From NCBI GenBank assembly GCA_017454675.1, contig JAFTCN010000053.1, positions 4,853 to 68,852 of the forward strand: DNA of 64,000 nt, written 5' to 3'. Below the pieces are notes generated by a model. The model saw only the letters and a list, made by a program, of their open reading frames with translations. It was not told the DNA's origin and made no database searches. The stretch comes from Clostridia bacterium (GTDB lineage: Bacteria > Bacillota > Clostridia > Oscillospirales > CAG-272). Made by a program: the position numbers and the translations under genes. This document shows positions 28,406-38,587 of the stretch, piece after piece. How positions within the stretch are numbered: position 1 is the first letter of the stretch; each line of letters opens with the position of its first letter.

Positions 28406-29596
28406 TCAGCCGAAGAATGTGATGAACACGCCGGCGGCTACCGCCGAGCCGATGACTCCGGCGACGTTCGGTCCCATCGCGTGCATCAGAAGGAAGTTCG
28501 TCGGGTCCTCCCTCTGCCCTTCCGACTGCACGACCCTCGCCGCCATCGGGACCGCCGAGACTCCGGCGGCTCCTATGATGGGATTGATCCTGCCGCGGGT
28601 GACGACGCACATGAGCTTGGCAAAGAGGATACCGCCGGCAGTCGCGACCATGAACGACAGGCTGCCGAGGCCGACAATGAGCAGTGTCTTGAGGTTCAGG
28701 AAGTTCTCAGCCGAAGCAGTAGCGCCGACCGAAACGCCAAGGAACACGGTGATCGTGTTCATCAGGCCGTTCTTTGCTGTCGTCGAAAGCCTGTCGGTGA
28801 CACCGCTGACGCTGAGCAGATTCCCGAACATCATAAAACCCACGAGCGGAGCGGATTCCGGTACTATCAGGCAGACGATCAGCGCGACGAGTATCGGGAA
28901 AAGGATCTTCTCCAGCTTCGACACCTGCCTCGGGGTCTCCATGCGGATGCGGCGCTCCTTTTTCGTGGTGAGTAGCCTGATTATCGGAGGCTGGATCATC
29001 GGTATGAGGGCCATGTAGATGTAAGCCGCGATGGCCACCGCCGACAGGAGCGTCGGCGCGAGGATCTTGGTCGCGTGGATGGCAGTCGGGCCGTCGGCTC
29101 CGGCGATCGTTCCTATCGATGCGGCTTCGTTGATCGTAAAGACACCCGATGAATAGGCTCCGAAGAAAGCGGCGAAAACTCCGAACTGGGCGGCGCCGCC
29201 GATCAGGACCGTCTTCGGGTTGGCGATGAGCGGCGTGAAGTCCGTCATCGCGCCGAGCCCCATGAAGATCAGCGACGGATACAGGCCGAGCTTGATCCCG
29301 ATGTAAAGGTAATCGAGAAGTCCTCCCTTGGCGAAGACCTCGCCGATATTGAGTTCGCCCTCGCCGATGAACAGGTCGATGTGGAACAGATCGGCGCCGG
29401 GGAGGTTGGCCATCAGCATGCCGATGGCGATCGGGAGCAGCAGCAGGGGCTCGTATTTCTTTACCACGGCGCAGTATATCAGAGCGCCGACGATTATATA
29501 CATGACCAGCGTCTTGAGCGGCATGAGCGGGTCGTCAGACCCGAAGAGCTTTGCTATGCCGGTCGTCTCAAAGACCTGTATGAGTTTGTCTATCAT
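28406..29596 (-). CDS. oadB: Na+-translocating decarboxylase beta subunit
   Basis: YEPLLLLPI, GAMTDF, AGADGPTAI, GVSAVPMAARV, HAMGPNVAGVIGSA. Confidence 0.95.
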   Translation of the reverse strand: MIDKLIQVFETTGIAKLFGSDDPLMPLKTLVMYIIVGALIYCAVVKKYEPLLLLPIAIGMLMANLPGADLFHIDLFIGEGELNIGEVFAKGGLLDYLYIGIKLGLYPSLIFMGLGAMTDFTPLIANPKTVLIGGAAQFGVFAAFFGAYSSGVFTINEAASIGTIAGADGPTAIHATKILAPTLLSAVAIAAYIYMALIPMIQPPIIRLLTTKKERRIRMETPRQVSKLEKILFPILVALIVCLIVPESAPLVGFMMFGNLLSVSGVTDRLSTTAKNGLMNTITVFLGVSVGATASAENFLNLKTLLIVGLGSLSFMVATAGGILFAKLMCVVTRGRINPIIGAAGVSAVPMAARVVQSEGQREDPTNFLLMHAMGPNVAGVIGSAVAAGVFITFFG

Positions 29597-29618
29597 GATT
29601 TCAGATGCCGGCGGAGGA

Positions 29619-29990
29619 TCAGACCGTCGGGTCGATCGTAAAGAGGACCTTCCCCTCTTCTGCCGTCTCGCCCTTTGTGACCGACGCGGTCACGACGGTC
29701 CCGTCAGCGGGCGACATGACGTCGTATTCCATCTTCATGGCCTCAAGGACGCAGAGTTTGCTTCCCTTCGAGACCTTATCGCCTGCCGAGGCAGAGATGC
29801 CGACTATCCTGCCCTGTATCGGAGATCTCACCTCTACAGAGCCTTTCCCTGCGGCCGGAGAGGCCGCAGCGGGCGCCGAAGGTGCCGCCGTGACGGCAGC
29901 GGCGGGAGCTGCATTCGCGGCCGCTCCGGTGTCCTCTTCTATCTCGACGACATATTCCCTGCCGTTTACCTTTACGTTGAATCTTCGCAT
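29619..29990 (-). CDS. biotin carboxyl carrier protein
   Basis: VKVNGREYVVEIEE, Ala/Pro linker, biotinylation motif EAMKM. Confidence 0.92.
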   Translation of the reverse strand: MRRFNVKVNGREYVVEIEEDTGAAANAAPAAAVTAAPSAPAAASPAAGKGSVEVRSPIQGRIVGISASAGDKVSKGSKLCVLEAMKMEYDVMSPADGTVVTASVTKGETAEEGKVLFTIDPTV

Positions 29991-30087
29991 GTTTTGCTCC
30001 TTTTATTCAAAAGCTGTATTGCCTTAATTCCGGCCCGCCGGAAGCGGGCAGCGCCGGGAAACGTGATCAGCGGAAGTCAGATGCCGT

Positions 30088-30480
30088 TTATCTGACGAAC
30101 CGGTCCGAACGCCTGAAATTGACGACACGGAAGCCCGTCCCGCAATCCGGTCTGTCCGACGACCGCCGCTCCTCCTCAAGCAGCAGCGCGACCGCCGCAG
30201 TGACCGCTGCGATCTCCTCCTCATCCGTATTCCCGTCAGCAGCCTGTCCCGTGCCGGGGTCGTCAGCGCCGGGGACATTCTTTCTTTTCTTCCGCTTTGC
30301 AAGCAGACCGTCGACGCCGAAAAAGAGATGCACTATCTCGAGAACTCCCCAGATAAACGCGAGAACCAGAAAAACGACAGCGATGCCAAGCCCGGCATAA
30401 AGTCCGGCCTCACCCGCCCTGCCGGCGAATAGCGCGGCAGCCGTCATCCGCCCGGCGGCGGAAACAAGTACATTGATCAT
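30088..30480 (-). CDS. oadG: Na+-translocating decarboxylase gamma/delta subunit (OadG family)
   Basis: TM GLGIAVVFLVL, EEIAAVTAAVA, FRVVNFRR; operon context. Confidence 0.8.
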   Translation of the reverse strand: MINVLVSAAGRMTAAALFAGRAGEAGLYAGLGIAVVFLVLAFIWGVLEIVHLFFGVDGLLAKRKKRKNVPGADDPGTGQAADGNTDEEEIAAVTAAVALLLEEERRSSDRPDCGTGFRVVNFRRSDRFVR

Positions 30481-30506
30481 CGGCTTTTCCTCTCAATCAC
30501 CGCGGG

Positions 30507-32009
30507 TCATCTATTCCGGCGGCTCTTTTCGCCGCGGTCTCTTCCGAGAAGCATATACAGCGCGGAGACGATCTTCGGGCGCGCGCCGGCGGGACTCACG
30601 ATATCGTCGATATCGCCGGAGAGAGCCGCCTCGGCGGGCGAATGTTCCTCTTTCCACTCCCTCTCGAGCATCTCCCGGGACGAATCCAGATCGCCCGCCT
30701 TTATCTTTTCGTTCCAGACGAAGGCGACGGACGACTCGGGGGACAGCGCGCTGATGCAGGCGTCGGGCAGCGCGTATACGATGTCCGCGCCGAGAGCCTT
30801 CGATCCCAGGAGGATATAACCCGCGCCGTAGGCGCGACCGGTATAGAGCGTAACGACGGGCGCGGAGAAAGCCGCGGAGGCCGCCGAGAGCGCCGAGAGC
30901 GAGGCAAGGTATGCGGCGCCTGTACCGGTCGCAGCCGGGTCGCCGTCACCGGTATATACACCTGAGCCGGGTATGCCGGTCGAGTCGGTGAGATATACCG
31001 CCGGGATACCGAACCTGTCAGCAAACCCCAGTGCCTTGACAAGTGAGTCGCAGCCGCTTCCTGTCAGTGCTCCGCCTCCCGTAGATCTGTCACCAGCGAC
31101 GATGAGGCAGGAAACGCCTCCAACTCTGGCCAGAGCCAGCGCCAGGCCGTCGGAGAAGCCCCGGTAAAGCGGGAAAGAAGCGCCGGCGTCTGCTATCTCT
31201 CCTATTAGCGGGAAGCCGTAAAGGCCGGTTATATCGGGAGCTCTGCTCTCCTCCGCTTCATCGTGAGGAGCGGCGGCTGGTATATCGCGGGACGATGACG
31301 GAATCAGCGAGATCAGCCTGCAGGCGGCGGAAGCGAGTTCCGCCTCCGATGCGGCACGGAAGCACGACAGTCCTTCTGCCGCGGGATCGATGCTCTTCCC
31401 GGTGAGGAACGGCGACACGGCGAAAAGGTCGGTCCCGGTGCCGTCTGGCCTTGACAGCGTTAGCATGAAGTCGAACGACGCGGCAAGCGCCGCCTCGATG
31501 CCCCCGCATACTCCGGGAACCAGCGCGATCCGCGGGATAACTCCCCCGGCTTCGGAAAGTGCGCTCATCACACCGCCCATGGACGAGAGCGCCTGCGCTC
31601 CCTCGAATACCGAGAAACCGTCGGAATCGAATATGCCGACGAGCGGCGAGAGATTGTCGACGGCTGCGCGGATGAGCAGGGCGATCTTCCTTCCCGTCGA
31701 TGCGTCGAAGGCGCCCTTCATGCGCGAGCGGTCGAAGGCGAACGCAAAGCAGAGTCTGCCGTCCACCGAACCGTAGCCCGTGATCACTCCGGTCGCACCG
31801 TCGGGATCCGAGCTGCGCTGCATGAAACGCCCGGTCTCGGAGAAGGTCCCCCTGTCAAACAGTGCCGTCAGGCGCGCTCTTGCAGTATATTCTCCTTCTT
31901 TTACTGCTCCGGCGGCCGACACATCGATCTCCTTGAGCATCTCGGAGAGTCTTTCGGACGTCAGCCGGCTGAGAAGGCTCTTTTTCTTTTTTACCGTTTC
32001 GTTTGGCAT
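30507..32009 (-). CDS. acyl-CoA carboxyl transferase (methylmalonyl-CoA decarboxylase alpha-like), divergent
   Basis: ARARLTALFD..F.E, GVITGYGSVDGR, GVIPRIALVPG.CGG, FADRFGIP, GRAYGAGY, GDIDDIV.P..R. Confidence 0.8.
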   Translation of the reverse strand: MPNETVKKKKSLLSRLTSERLSEMLKEIDVSAAGAVKEGEYTARARLTALFDRGTFSETGRFMQRSSDPDGATGVITGYGSVDGRLCFAFAFDRSRMKGAFDASTGRKIALLIRAAVDNLSPLVGIFDSDGFSVFEGAQALSSMGGVMSALSEAGGVIPRIALVPGVCGGIEAALAASFDFMLTLSRPDGTGTDLFAVSPFLTGKSIDPAAEGLSCFRAASEAELASAACRLISLIPSSSRDIPAAAPHDEAEESRAPDITGLYGFPLIGEIADAGASFPLYRGFSDGLALALARVGGVSCLIVAGDRSTGGGALTGSGCDSLVKALGFADRFGIPAVYLTDSTGIPGSGVYTGDGDPAATGTGAAYLASLSALSAASAAFSAPVVTLYTGRAYGAGYILLGSKALGADIVYALPDACISALSPESSVAFVWNEKIKAGDLDSSREMLEREWKEEHSPAEAALSGDIDDIVSPAGARPKIVSALYMLLGRDRGEKSRRNR

Positions 32010-32043
32010 TTTTACAAGCCCTTTCGAGCTCTTGCGGTCGGGA

Positions 32044-34596
32044 TCAGAAGTAAAGGCTGCTCCCTCTCTCCATGTCGACCGTGAGTTTGACGGGCAGGTC
32101 GATCGCGCCCACCATGCATTCCTTCAGGAGCTCCGCCGCCCTGTCGGCGCATTCGGGCGCCGAATCGAGCACGAGTTCGTCGTGTATCTGAAGGACGAGA
32201 CGCGCGTCAAGCCCCTCATAGGCAAGACGTCTGCCTATCCTGATCATGGCTATCTTGATGATGTCGGCGGCGCTGCCCTGAATCGGGCTGTTCCGCGCGA
32301 CCCTCTCGCCGAACCTTCGTATGTTGGCGTTCGAGGCGGAGAGCTCGGGAATATATCTGCGCCTGCCGCAGAGAGTCTCGGTGTATCCCTTTTCCTTCGC
32401 GTCGCGCACGACGCCGGTCAGGTATTCGCCTACGCCCGGATAGGCGGCAAGGTAGCTCTTTATGTAGTCGCCGGCCTGCTTCACCGTTATTCCCAGGTCC
32501 TGGGAGAGCGAATACTCGCCTATTCCGTAAACTATCCCGAAGTTTACCGCCTTCGCGCGCTTCCGGAGTTCGGGAGTGACCTCGTCCGGGCTCACGCCGA
32601 ACACGGCGGACGCGGTGGATGTGTGTATGTCGACGCCCGACGCGAAAGCCCCGGTCATTGCCCTGTCGCCCGATATGGCGGCGAGCAGCCGCAGCTCGAT
32701 CTGAGAATAGTCGGCGTCGATGAGCACGTGCCCCTCGCGCGGCAGGAAGTAGCGGCGCAGCTCGCGCCCTTCGTCGGTCCTGATCGGTATGTTCTGAAGA
32801 TTCGGCTCGGCCGACGACAGCCTGCCAGTCGCGGTGCCTGTCTGTCTGAAGCAGGTGTGGACGAATCCGTTTGCGTCGGCGACCTTGAGAAGCCCCTCGA
32901 CGTAGGTCCCGACGAGCTTGGTCAGCTTGCGGTATTCGAGTATGTCGCTGACGATAGGATAGAACGGAGCCAGTTTTTCGAGTATCTCGGCGGAAGTGGA
33001 AAAGCCGTTTGAGTTCTTCTTGCCCGAAGGGATCCCCATCCTGACGAAAAGGACCTCTCCGAGCTGCTTTGGCGAGTTCAGGTTGAACTCGTATCCGGCG
33101 GCCTCGAAGACCTCGCGCTTTTTCTTCTCCGCCTCTGCCGAGATCGCCTCGCCGTAGCGCCGGAGTCCTTCGGTATCGATGCGGAATCCCTCTTCCTCCA
33201 TGTCGGTGAGGATATCGGACAGCGGCATCTCGATGTCGCGGAAGAGCGCTTCCGACGATCTTTTCTTCAGTTCGGCGGACAGCTTCCGGTAGAGTCTCAT
33301 GACATATACCGCCTCGGGAATACCGGGCGACATTATGTCGTCGAGAAAATAATTGACGAGTTCGAACAGGCCGGGCTTGAGCTGCGGATCGATGACATAT
33401 GCCGCGAGCATGACATCGAATCCCGGCTCCCTGATCCTGACGCCGGCGGCATCCGACGAACGGAAGAACGACTTCGCGTCGTGGAAGACGAGCTTCCGGT
33501 GCTTCTCCGCCAGCATGTTCAGCGTGCCGGAGTCGAACGGAAGGCTCGCTGTCTTTTCTCCGTCTTCCGCGCACAGCCATACCGCCGCGCCGTCATATGA
33601 CACGGCGATCATGCCTTCTTCGGTAAGCGGATCGAATGTGCCTGATGCGGCTGCGCCTTCGCTCTTTTCGTTATCGGCCGCTGTCGCGTCTTCCGGGTTG
33701 AAAGACCGGCTCTCGGCCCTGTCCAGGCCGAATTTCTTTATGTATCCCGAGAATTCAAGCTCGGTAAAGAGCTTTCTTGCGGCGCCCCTGTCGATACTCG
33801 CCTCGCCAAGCGAAGAAAGTTTCGGGATATCCGGGACCGAGCGGCAGATGGTCGCGAGCTCTCGCGAGAGAAATGCGGAGTCGTATCCGGCCTCGAGCTT
33901 TGATATCATAGCGGGTTTGAGTCCCGCCCCGGGCGCACGGTAGGCGCCGTCTCTGTATATCGCGTCAAGGCTGCCGAATTTTGAGATGAGCATCACGGCG
34001 CCCTTCTCGCCGATCCCGGGAACTCCGGGGATGTTGTCGGAAGAGTCGCCCATGACGGCCTTTAGGTCGACGTACTGCCCGGGCTCGACTCCGAATCTCG
34101 CCATGAAGGCGGCGGGGTCGTAGTCGGTGTACTCGCCTCCTGACGGATAGCGCACGTATGTGCTGCCGCTGATCAGCTGGAACGAGTCGCGGTCTCCGGT
34201 GAGAAGGCAGGTCCTGTATCCGCCGTCGGCGTCGGCCTCGGCGGAATAGGTGCCGAGGATGTCGTCGGCCTCGTAGCCTTCCTTCTCGACGACAGTCATG
34301 CCGAGCACTTCGGCAGCCCTTACGATATACGGCATCTGTCTGCACAGCGCCTCGTCCATCGGTTTTCGCGTGCCCTTGTAGCCTTCGAACATCCGGTGTC
34401 TGAAGGTGGGCGCGTGGACATCGAAGGCCGCGACGGCAACGCAGGGCGCGAGCCGTTCGAGCTCGCGTGACACGATGCCGATAAAACCGAACACAGCCGC
34501 TGTGGGGAGTCCGGCACGTGTGGAAAGGTTGGACTTCAGTCCGTAGTACGCGCGGTTCGCTATGCTGTTGCCGTCGATGACGAGAAGATTCTTCAT
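32044..34596 (-). CDS. polA: DNA polymerase I
   Basis: LLVIDGNS, YEADDILGT, GDSSDNIPGVPGIGEK, TATGRLSS.EPNLQNIP, DYSQIELR, KAVNFGIVYG, QIHDEL; ATG at 34596. Confidence 0.97.
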   Translation of the reverse strand: MKNLLVIDGNSIANRAYYGLKSNLSTRAGLPTAAVFGFIGIVSRELERLAPCVAVAAFDVHAPTFRHRMFEGYKGTRKPMDEALCRQMPYIVRAAEVLGMTVVEKEGYEADDILGTYSAEADADGGYRTCLLTGDRDSFQLISGSTYVRYPSGGEYTDYDPAAFMARFGVEPGQYVDLKAVMGDSSDNIPGVPGIGEKGAVMLISKFGSLDAIYRDGAYRAPGAGLKPAMISKLEAGYDSAFLSRELATICRSVPDIPKLSSLGEASIDRGAARKLFTELEFSGYIKKFGLDRAESRSFNPEDATAADNEKSEGAAASGTFDPLTEEGMIAVSYDGAAVWLCAEDGEKTASLPFDSGTLNMLAEKHRKLVFHDAKSFFRSSDAAGVRIREPGFDVMLAAYVIDPQLKPGLFELVNYFLDDIMSPGIPEAVYVMRLYRKLSAELKKRSSEALFRDIEMPLSDILTDMEEEGFRIDTEGLRRYGEAISAEAEKKKREVFEAAGYEFNLNSPKQLGEVLFVRMGIPSGKKNSNGFSTSAEILEKLAPFYPIVSDILEYRKLTKLVGTYVEGLLKVADANGFVHTCFRQTGTATGRLSSAEPNLQNIPIRTDEGRELRRYFLPREGHVLIDADYSQIELRLLAAISGDRAMTGAFASGVDIHTSTASAVFGVSPDEVTPELRKRAKAVNFGIVYGIGEYSLSQDLGITVKQAGDYIKSYLAAYPGVGEYLTGVVRDAKEKGYTETLCGRRRYIPELSASNANIRRFGERVARNSPIQGSAADIIKIAMIRIGRRLAYEGLDARLVLQIHDELVLDSAPECADRAAELLKECMVGAIDLPVKLTVDMERGSSLYF

Positions 34597-34609
34597 GTGT
34601 GCCCGTGTA

Positions 34610-35590
34610 TTACAGAAGATGCGCGACGGCATCCTCGCGTTCGCCGGGAAGCAGCTTCACCGGCGGTATGTCGAAAGCGGTGACGCAGCCGGTCTTCCCT
34701 TCGGCGCGCAGTCTGCATACCGCTCTGGCGAAGGCGGTGAGCACGCTTCCGGTGAATCCGGGATTCGAATCGAGCTTCAGCGAGAATTCCATGCGCTGGG
34801 ACTCCGTCCCGCCGCGCGTGGAGCCGGTCCTTATGACCGAACCTCCGTGAGGCAGTCCGCCGTGATCTCTCTTCATCTCTTCCGCGGAGATGAAGTGAAC
34901 GGTAGTTCTGTAATCGGCGAAATAAGCCGGCATGTTCACTATCTCTTCACGTATGCGGTCGGTGTCGGCCCCCTCTTCCGCGACGACATAGCATTCCCTC
35001 GTATGCTTCTCACCGGCAGAGAGCACCGGACGCTCGCCGTTCCTCACACGCGCGACCGCCTCCTCCACCGGGACCGTGTACTGCCTCGCGTCTGCGACGC
35101 CTTCGATCCTGCGGACCGCGTCCGAATGGCCCTGGCTCACTCCGCGGCCCCAGAAGGTATAGTCGCTGCCCTCGGGCAGGACAGCGTTCATATACAGTCT
35201 CGCCAGCGAGAAGAGTCCCGGATCCCATCCGACCGAGACGAGGGCTAGGTTGCCGCCTTCTTCGGCGGCTCTTCCCATCGCCGCCAGATGTTCGGGAATA
35301 TGCGAATGGTTGTCGAAGCTGTCGACGACGTTGAAGAACGCCGCGATCTCTGGCGTCGTCACCGGCAGGTCGGTAGCGCTTCCGCCGCAGTTGACGACCA
35401 CGTCGAAGCAGCCCCTGAACCGGGGCAGATCGGCGTATGAATAGACCTTTACTCCGTCGCGGACCGGCTTTACGGTCTCCGGGCCGCGGCGGGTGAATAT
35501 CGCCGTGAGCTGTATGTCACGGCTTTCGTTCATCGCGGCCTCGACTCCCTTTCCGAGGTTGCCGTAGCCGCATATAGCTGCTTTAATCAT
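34610..35590 (-). CDS. ddh: meso-diaminopimelate D-dehydrogenase
   Basis: GYGNLG, CGGSATDLP, VDSFD.H, GWDPGLFS, TFWGRGVSQGHSDAVRR, LDSNPGFT; true start MIKAAI at 35590. Confidence 0.95.
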   Translation of the reverse strand: MIKAAICGYGNLGKGVEAAMNESRDIQLTAIFTRRGPETVKPVRDGVKVYSYADLPRFRGCFDVVVNCGGSATDLPVTTPEIAAFFNVVDSFDNHSHIPEHLAAMGRAAEEGGNLALVSVGWDPGLFSLARLYMNAVLPEGSDYTFWGRGVSQGHSDAVRRIEGVADARQYTVPVEEAVARVRNGERPVLSAGEKHTRECYVVAEEGADTDRIREEIVNMPAYFADYRTTVHFISAEEMKRDHGGLPHGGSVIRTGSTRGGTESQRMEFSLKLDSNPGFTGSVLTAFARAVCRLRAEGKTGCVTAFDIPPVKLLPGEREDAVAHLL

Positions 35591-35652
35591 CTTTCCGTTC
35601 TCTGCTCTTTCTTCCCTGATCGATAATCCTGTCCGCGCTCTCCGACGGGGTC

Positions 35653-36408
35653 TCAGTCGGGATCCGCCGCCACGGCGAGGTCGCTCATGCCGTAGAGCCC
35701 GGGGCCCTTCCCTGCGATGAACCGGGCGGCCGATATCGCGCCCTCTGCGAAAAGCGTCCTTGAGTGCGCCTCGTGCTTCAGCGTCAGCGTCTGGCTGTCG
35801 GTGGAGATCAGTATCTCGTGGATGCCGGTGATTCCGCCCCGCCTCACCGAGCTGATCCCGATCTCGTTCCTGTCGCGAAGGCCGCGCGTCCCCGATTCGG
35901 CGCAAATATGAGAGCCGGGACGTGCGCGAGAGATCGCTTCTGCCAGCATCAGGGCGGTGCCGCTGGGAGCGTCCTTCTTGCGGTTGTGATGGGTCTCGAC
36001 GATCTCTATGTCGGCTTCGGGAAATGCCGACGCGGCGGTGACGGCGAGCTTCGCGAGCACGGCGACGCCGAGCGACATGTTGGCCGAAAAGAACACGGGA
36101 ATCTTCTCCGACGCTTCTCTTATAAGTTCTTTCTCCTCTGCCGTGTGGCCGGTCGTCGCTATGACGGCAGGGATGTTCCGCGAGACGGCGCACGACAGGA
36201 CGTCATGCACGGCGCTGTGGTGCGAAAAATCGATTATCACGTCGGCGGCAGTCGATGCCGGGATATCGGCAAGGGATCGGAAGCAGGAAACTCCGTCGCC
36301 CGAAATGTCGGAGAGCGCCGCGACCATTATTCCGTCGTCGCCCGCCGCGATCTTCTCGACCTCGACTCCCATCCTTCCGTTCGCGCCGTTGACTATGATC
36401 CTGATCAT
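35653..36408 (-). CDS. dapB: 4-hydroxy-tetrahydrodipicolinate reductase
   Basis: GANGRMG, IDFS, ATTG, NMSLG, ETHHNRKKDAPSGTA. Confidence 0.96.
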   Translation of the reverse strand: MIRIIVNGANGRMGVEVEKIAAGDDGIMVAALSDISGDGVSCFRSLADIPASTAADVIIDFSHHSAVHDVLSCAVSRNIPAVIATTGHTAEEKELIREASEKIPVFFSANMSLGVAVLAKLAVTAASAFPEADIEIVETHHNRKKDAPSGTALMLAEAISRARPGSHICAESGTRGLRDRNEIGISSVRRGGITGIHEILISTDSQTLTLKHEAHSRTLFAEGAISAARFIAGKGPGLYGMSDLAVAADPD

Positions 36409-37301
36409 TTTATCAGCCCCTCGGCGCGCATCAGGCCGTAAAGATGCTCTCTGTGAGCATCCTCCATCTCGGTGAGCGGAAGGCGTACGTAATTCCTGCA
36501 GAAGCCCATTGCTGCCATGGCTGCCTTGACCGGTATCGGGTTGACCTCGCAGAAGAGGGCCGATATGAGAGGCATGTATTTCAGCTGGAGCCTTCTCGCG
36601 CCGGCCGAGTCTCCGTCCAGATACATATGGCAGAGCGCGGACGTCTCGGCCGGGAGCAGATTCGAGAGCACGGAAATGACTCCCTTGCCGCCGAGAGACA
36701 TGATGGGAACGATCTGGTCGTCGTTGCCCGAATAAATGTCGAGCCTGCCCTCAACGAGTGAGGCGGTCTCGGCGATCTTCGATATGTTGCCTCCGGCCTC
36801 CTTGATCCCGCTTATCATCGGGTGATCGGCCAGGGCGGCGTAGGTGGAAGGCTCGATGTTCACACCGGTCCTCGACGGTACATTGTACAGGATGCAGGGC
36901 TTCGTGCTGGCGTCCGCGACGGTCGTGAACGACTTTATGAGCCCTTTCTGTGTCGCCTTGTTGTAGTAAGGGGTAACGAGGAGCATGCCGTCGTATCCGA
37001 CGCCGCACGCGTATCTCGTGAGATCGACGGCGTAGGCAACGTCGTTCGATCCCGTGCCGGCAATCATCGGAACTCTTCCGGCAGCCCTGCGCACGGCGAA
37101 ATCGAGCACCGCGCGGTGCTCCTCATCGCTGAGGGTGGAGCCTTCGCCCGTGGTACCGCAGATGACCAGAGCGTCGATGCCCCGTTCGATCTGCCAGTCA
37201 ATCAGGCGCCCGAACTGTACAAAATCCACGCCCTTTTCGTCGAGCGGCGTGATGAGAGCCGTGGCGGCCCCTATGAAAACACTCTGCTTTTCCATTTGCA
37301 C
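36405..37301 (-). CDS. dapA: 4-hydroxy-tetrahydrodipicolinate synthase
   Basis: ALITP, GTTGE, TPYYNK, YNVPSRT, GIKEA, YSGNDD, NPIPVK. Confidence 0.96.
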   Translation of the reverse strand: MQMEKQSVFIGAATALITPLDEKGVDFVQFGRLIDWQIERGIDALVICGTTGEGSTLSDEEHRAVLDFAVRRAAGRVPMIAGTGSNDVAYAVDLTRYACGVGYDGMLLVTPYYNKATQKGLIKSFTTVADASTKPCILYNVPSRTGVNIEPSTYAALADHPMISGIKEAGGNISKIAETASLVEGRLDIYSGNDDQIVPIMSLGGKGVISVLSNLLPAETSALCHMYLDGDSAGARRLQLKYMPLISALFCEVNPIPVKAAMAAMGFCRNYVRLPLTEMEDAHREHLYGLMRAEGLIK

Positions 37302-37347
37302 TACCGTACCTTTCCTGAATCGAACATATTGCTTTAATTTAATAAAG

Positions 37348-38523
37348 TCAGTGTTTTCCCGCGCAGACCGAAAGGATGACTTCCGCTCCTTCGCGGAGCA
37401 GGTCCGACGGGATGTTGAGAGCCGGCAGGAGCCTTATCCTGTCCTTTGCCGTCAGGCATAACACGCCGCGGTCGATGCATTCCCTGACGCACTCGGCGGC
37501 GGGGCGCTCGCACGCGATCCCCAGCATGAGTCCCATTCCGCTGATACCGGACACGCCGGGAGCGCCTTCCATGATCTTTCGCAGCATCTCTCCCTTTTCC
37601 CTCACTCCGGCGAGCAGTTCGTCGTCGATCCGGTCTATGATACTTACCGCGCCGGCGCAGCATACCGGATTCCCGCCGAAGGTCGAGCCGTGGTCGCCGG
37701 GCGAAAACACGCCGGCGCACTTCTCTCCGAGGAGCGTCGCTCCGATCGGAAGGCCTCCCCCGAGTCCCTTGGCCGTCGTGACTATATCGGGCATTATGCC
37801 GAAATTCATATATGAATAGAGGGCTCCGGTGCGGCCGTTTCCGGTCTGTACCTCGTCGACCGCGAGGAGAACGTCGTTCTTTGCGCACCAGGCGGAAAGG
37901 GCGCGGAGATATCCGCCGTCGAGCGGGATGACTCCGCCCTCGCCCTGTATGCACTCGACCATCACGGCGGCGGGAAGACCGTCCTCTGAGATTTTCTCCA
38001 GCGCTTCGAGGTCACCGGCAGCGACACTGGCAAAGCCGGGTGTGAGCGGACGGAACAGGGTGTGGAACCTGTCCTGACCGGTGGCAGCGAGAGTAGTCAG
38101 CGTCCGGCCGTGGAAGCTGTTCTTCAGCGTCACGATGAGATGCCTCTGCTCGCCGTATCTGTCGGCGGCGTACTTCCTCGCGGCTTTGATAGCGCACTCG
38201 TTCGCTTCGGCGCCGGAATTCGAGAAGAACACCTTCTTCATCCCGGTGCGTTCGCACAGGCGTTCCGCGAGGGCGACGCAGGGATCGGTATAGTAAAGGT
38301 TCGACATATGCTGCACGGCATAGAGCTGGCGGACGACGGCGTCGCGCCAGACGGGATCGGAGATGCCGAATGATGTCACCCCGATACCCGATCCGAGGTC
38401 GATATATCTCTTTCCGTCGGGGCCGTACGCGAGAGAGCCCTCGCCGCGGACGATCTCGACGGGAAAGCGTCCGTATGTGCCCGCAATATAGCGGCTGTCG
38501 CGCTCAAAGATCGAATTATCCAT
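37348..38523 (-). CDS. argD: acetylornithine aminotransferase
   Basis: FFSNSGAEANE, SFHGRT, QGEGG, DEVQTG.GRTG, TTAKGLGGGLPIG, HGSTFGGNP. Confidence 0.93.
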   Translation of the reverse strand: MDNSIFERDSRYIAGTYGRFPVEIVRGEGSLAYGPDGKRYIDLGSGIGVTSFGISDPVWRDAVVRQLYAVQHMSNLYYTDPCVALAERLCERTGMKKVFFSNSGAEANECAIKAARKYAADRYGEQRHLIVTLKNSFHGRTLTTLAATGQDRFHTLFRPLTPGFASVAAGDLEALEKISEDGLPAAVMVECIQGEGGVIPLDGGYLRALSAWCAKNDVLLAVDEVQTGNGRTGALYSYMNFGIMPDIVTTAKGLGGGLPIGATLLGEKCAGVFSPGDHGSTFGGNPVCCAGAVSIIDRIDDELLAGVREKGEMLRKIMEGAPGVSGISGMGLMLGIACERPAAECVRECIDRGVLCLTAKDRIRLLPALNIPSDLLREGAEVILSVCAGKH

Positions 38524-38587
38524 ATTTCACCTGTTTTTCCGGTTTTATAGGAAATGACTGTTTGCCGGTCGCAGCTCCGGCACGGTC

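Noticed and set aside
35591-36193. 200-aa N-terminal extension of ddh in the ORF track (527 aa)
   Set aside because: It overlaps dapB in another frame and reads as Arg-rich shadow sequence; the real protein starts MIKAAICGYG at 35590.
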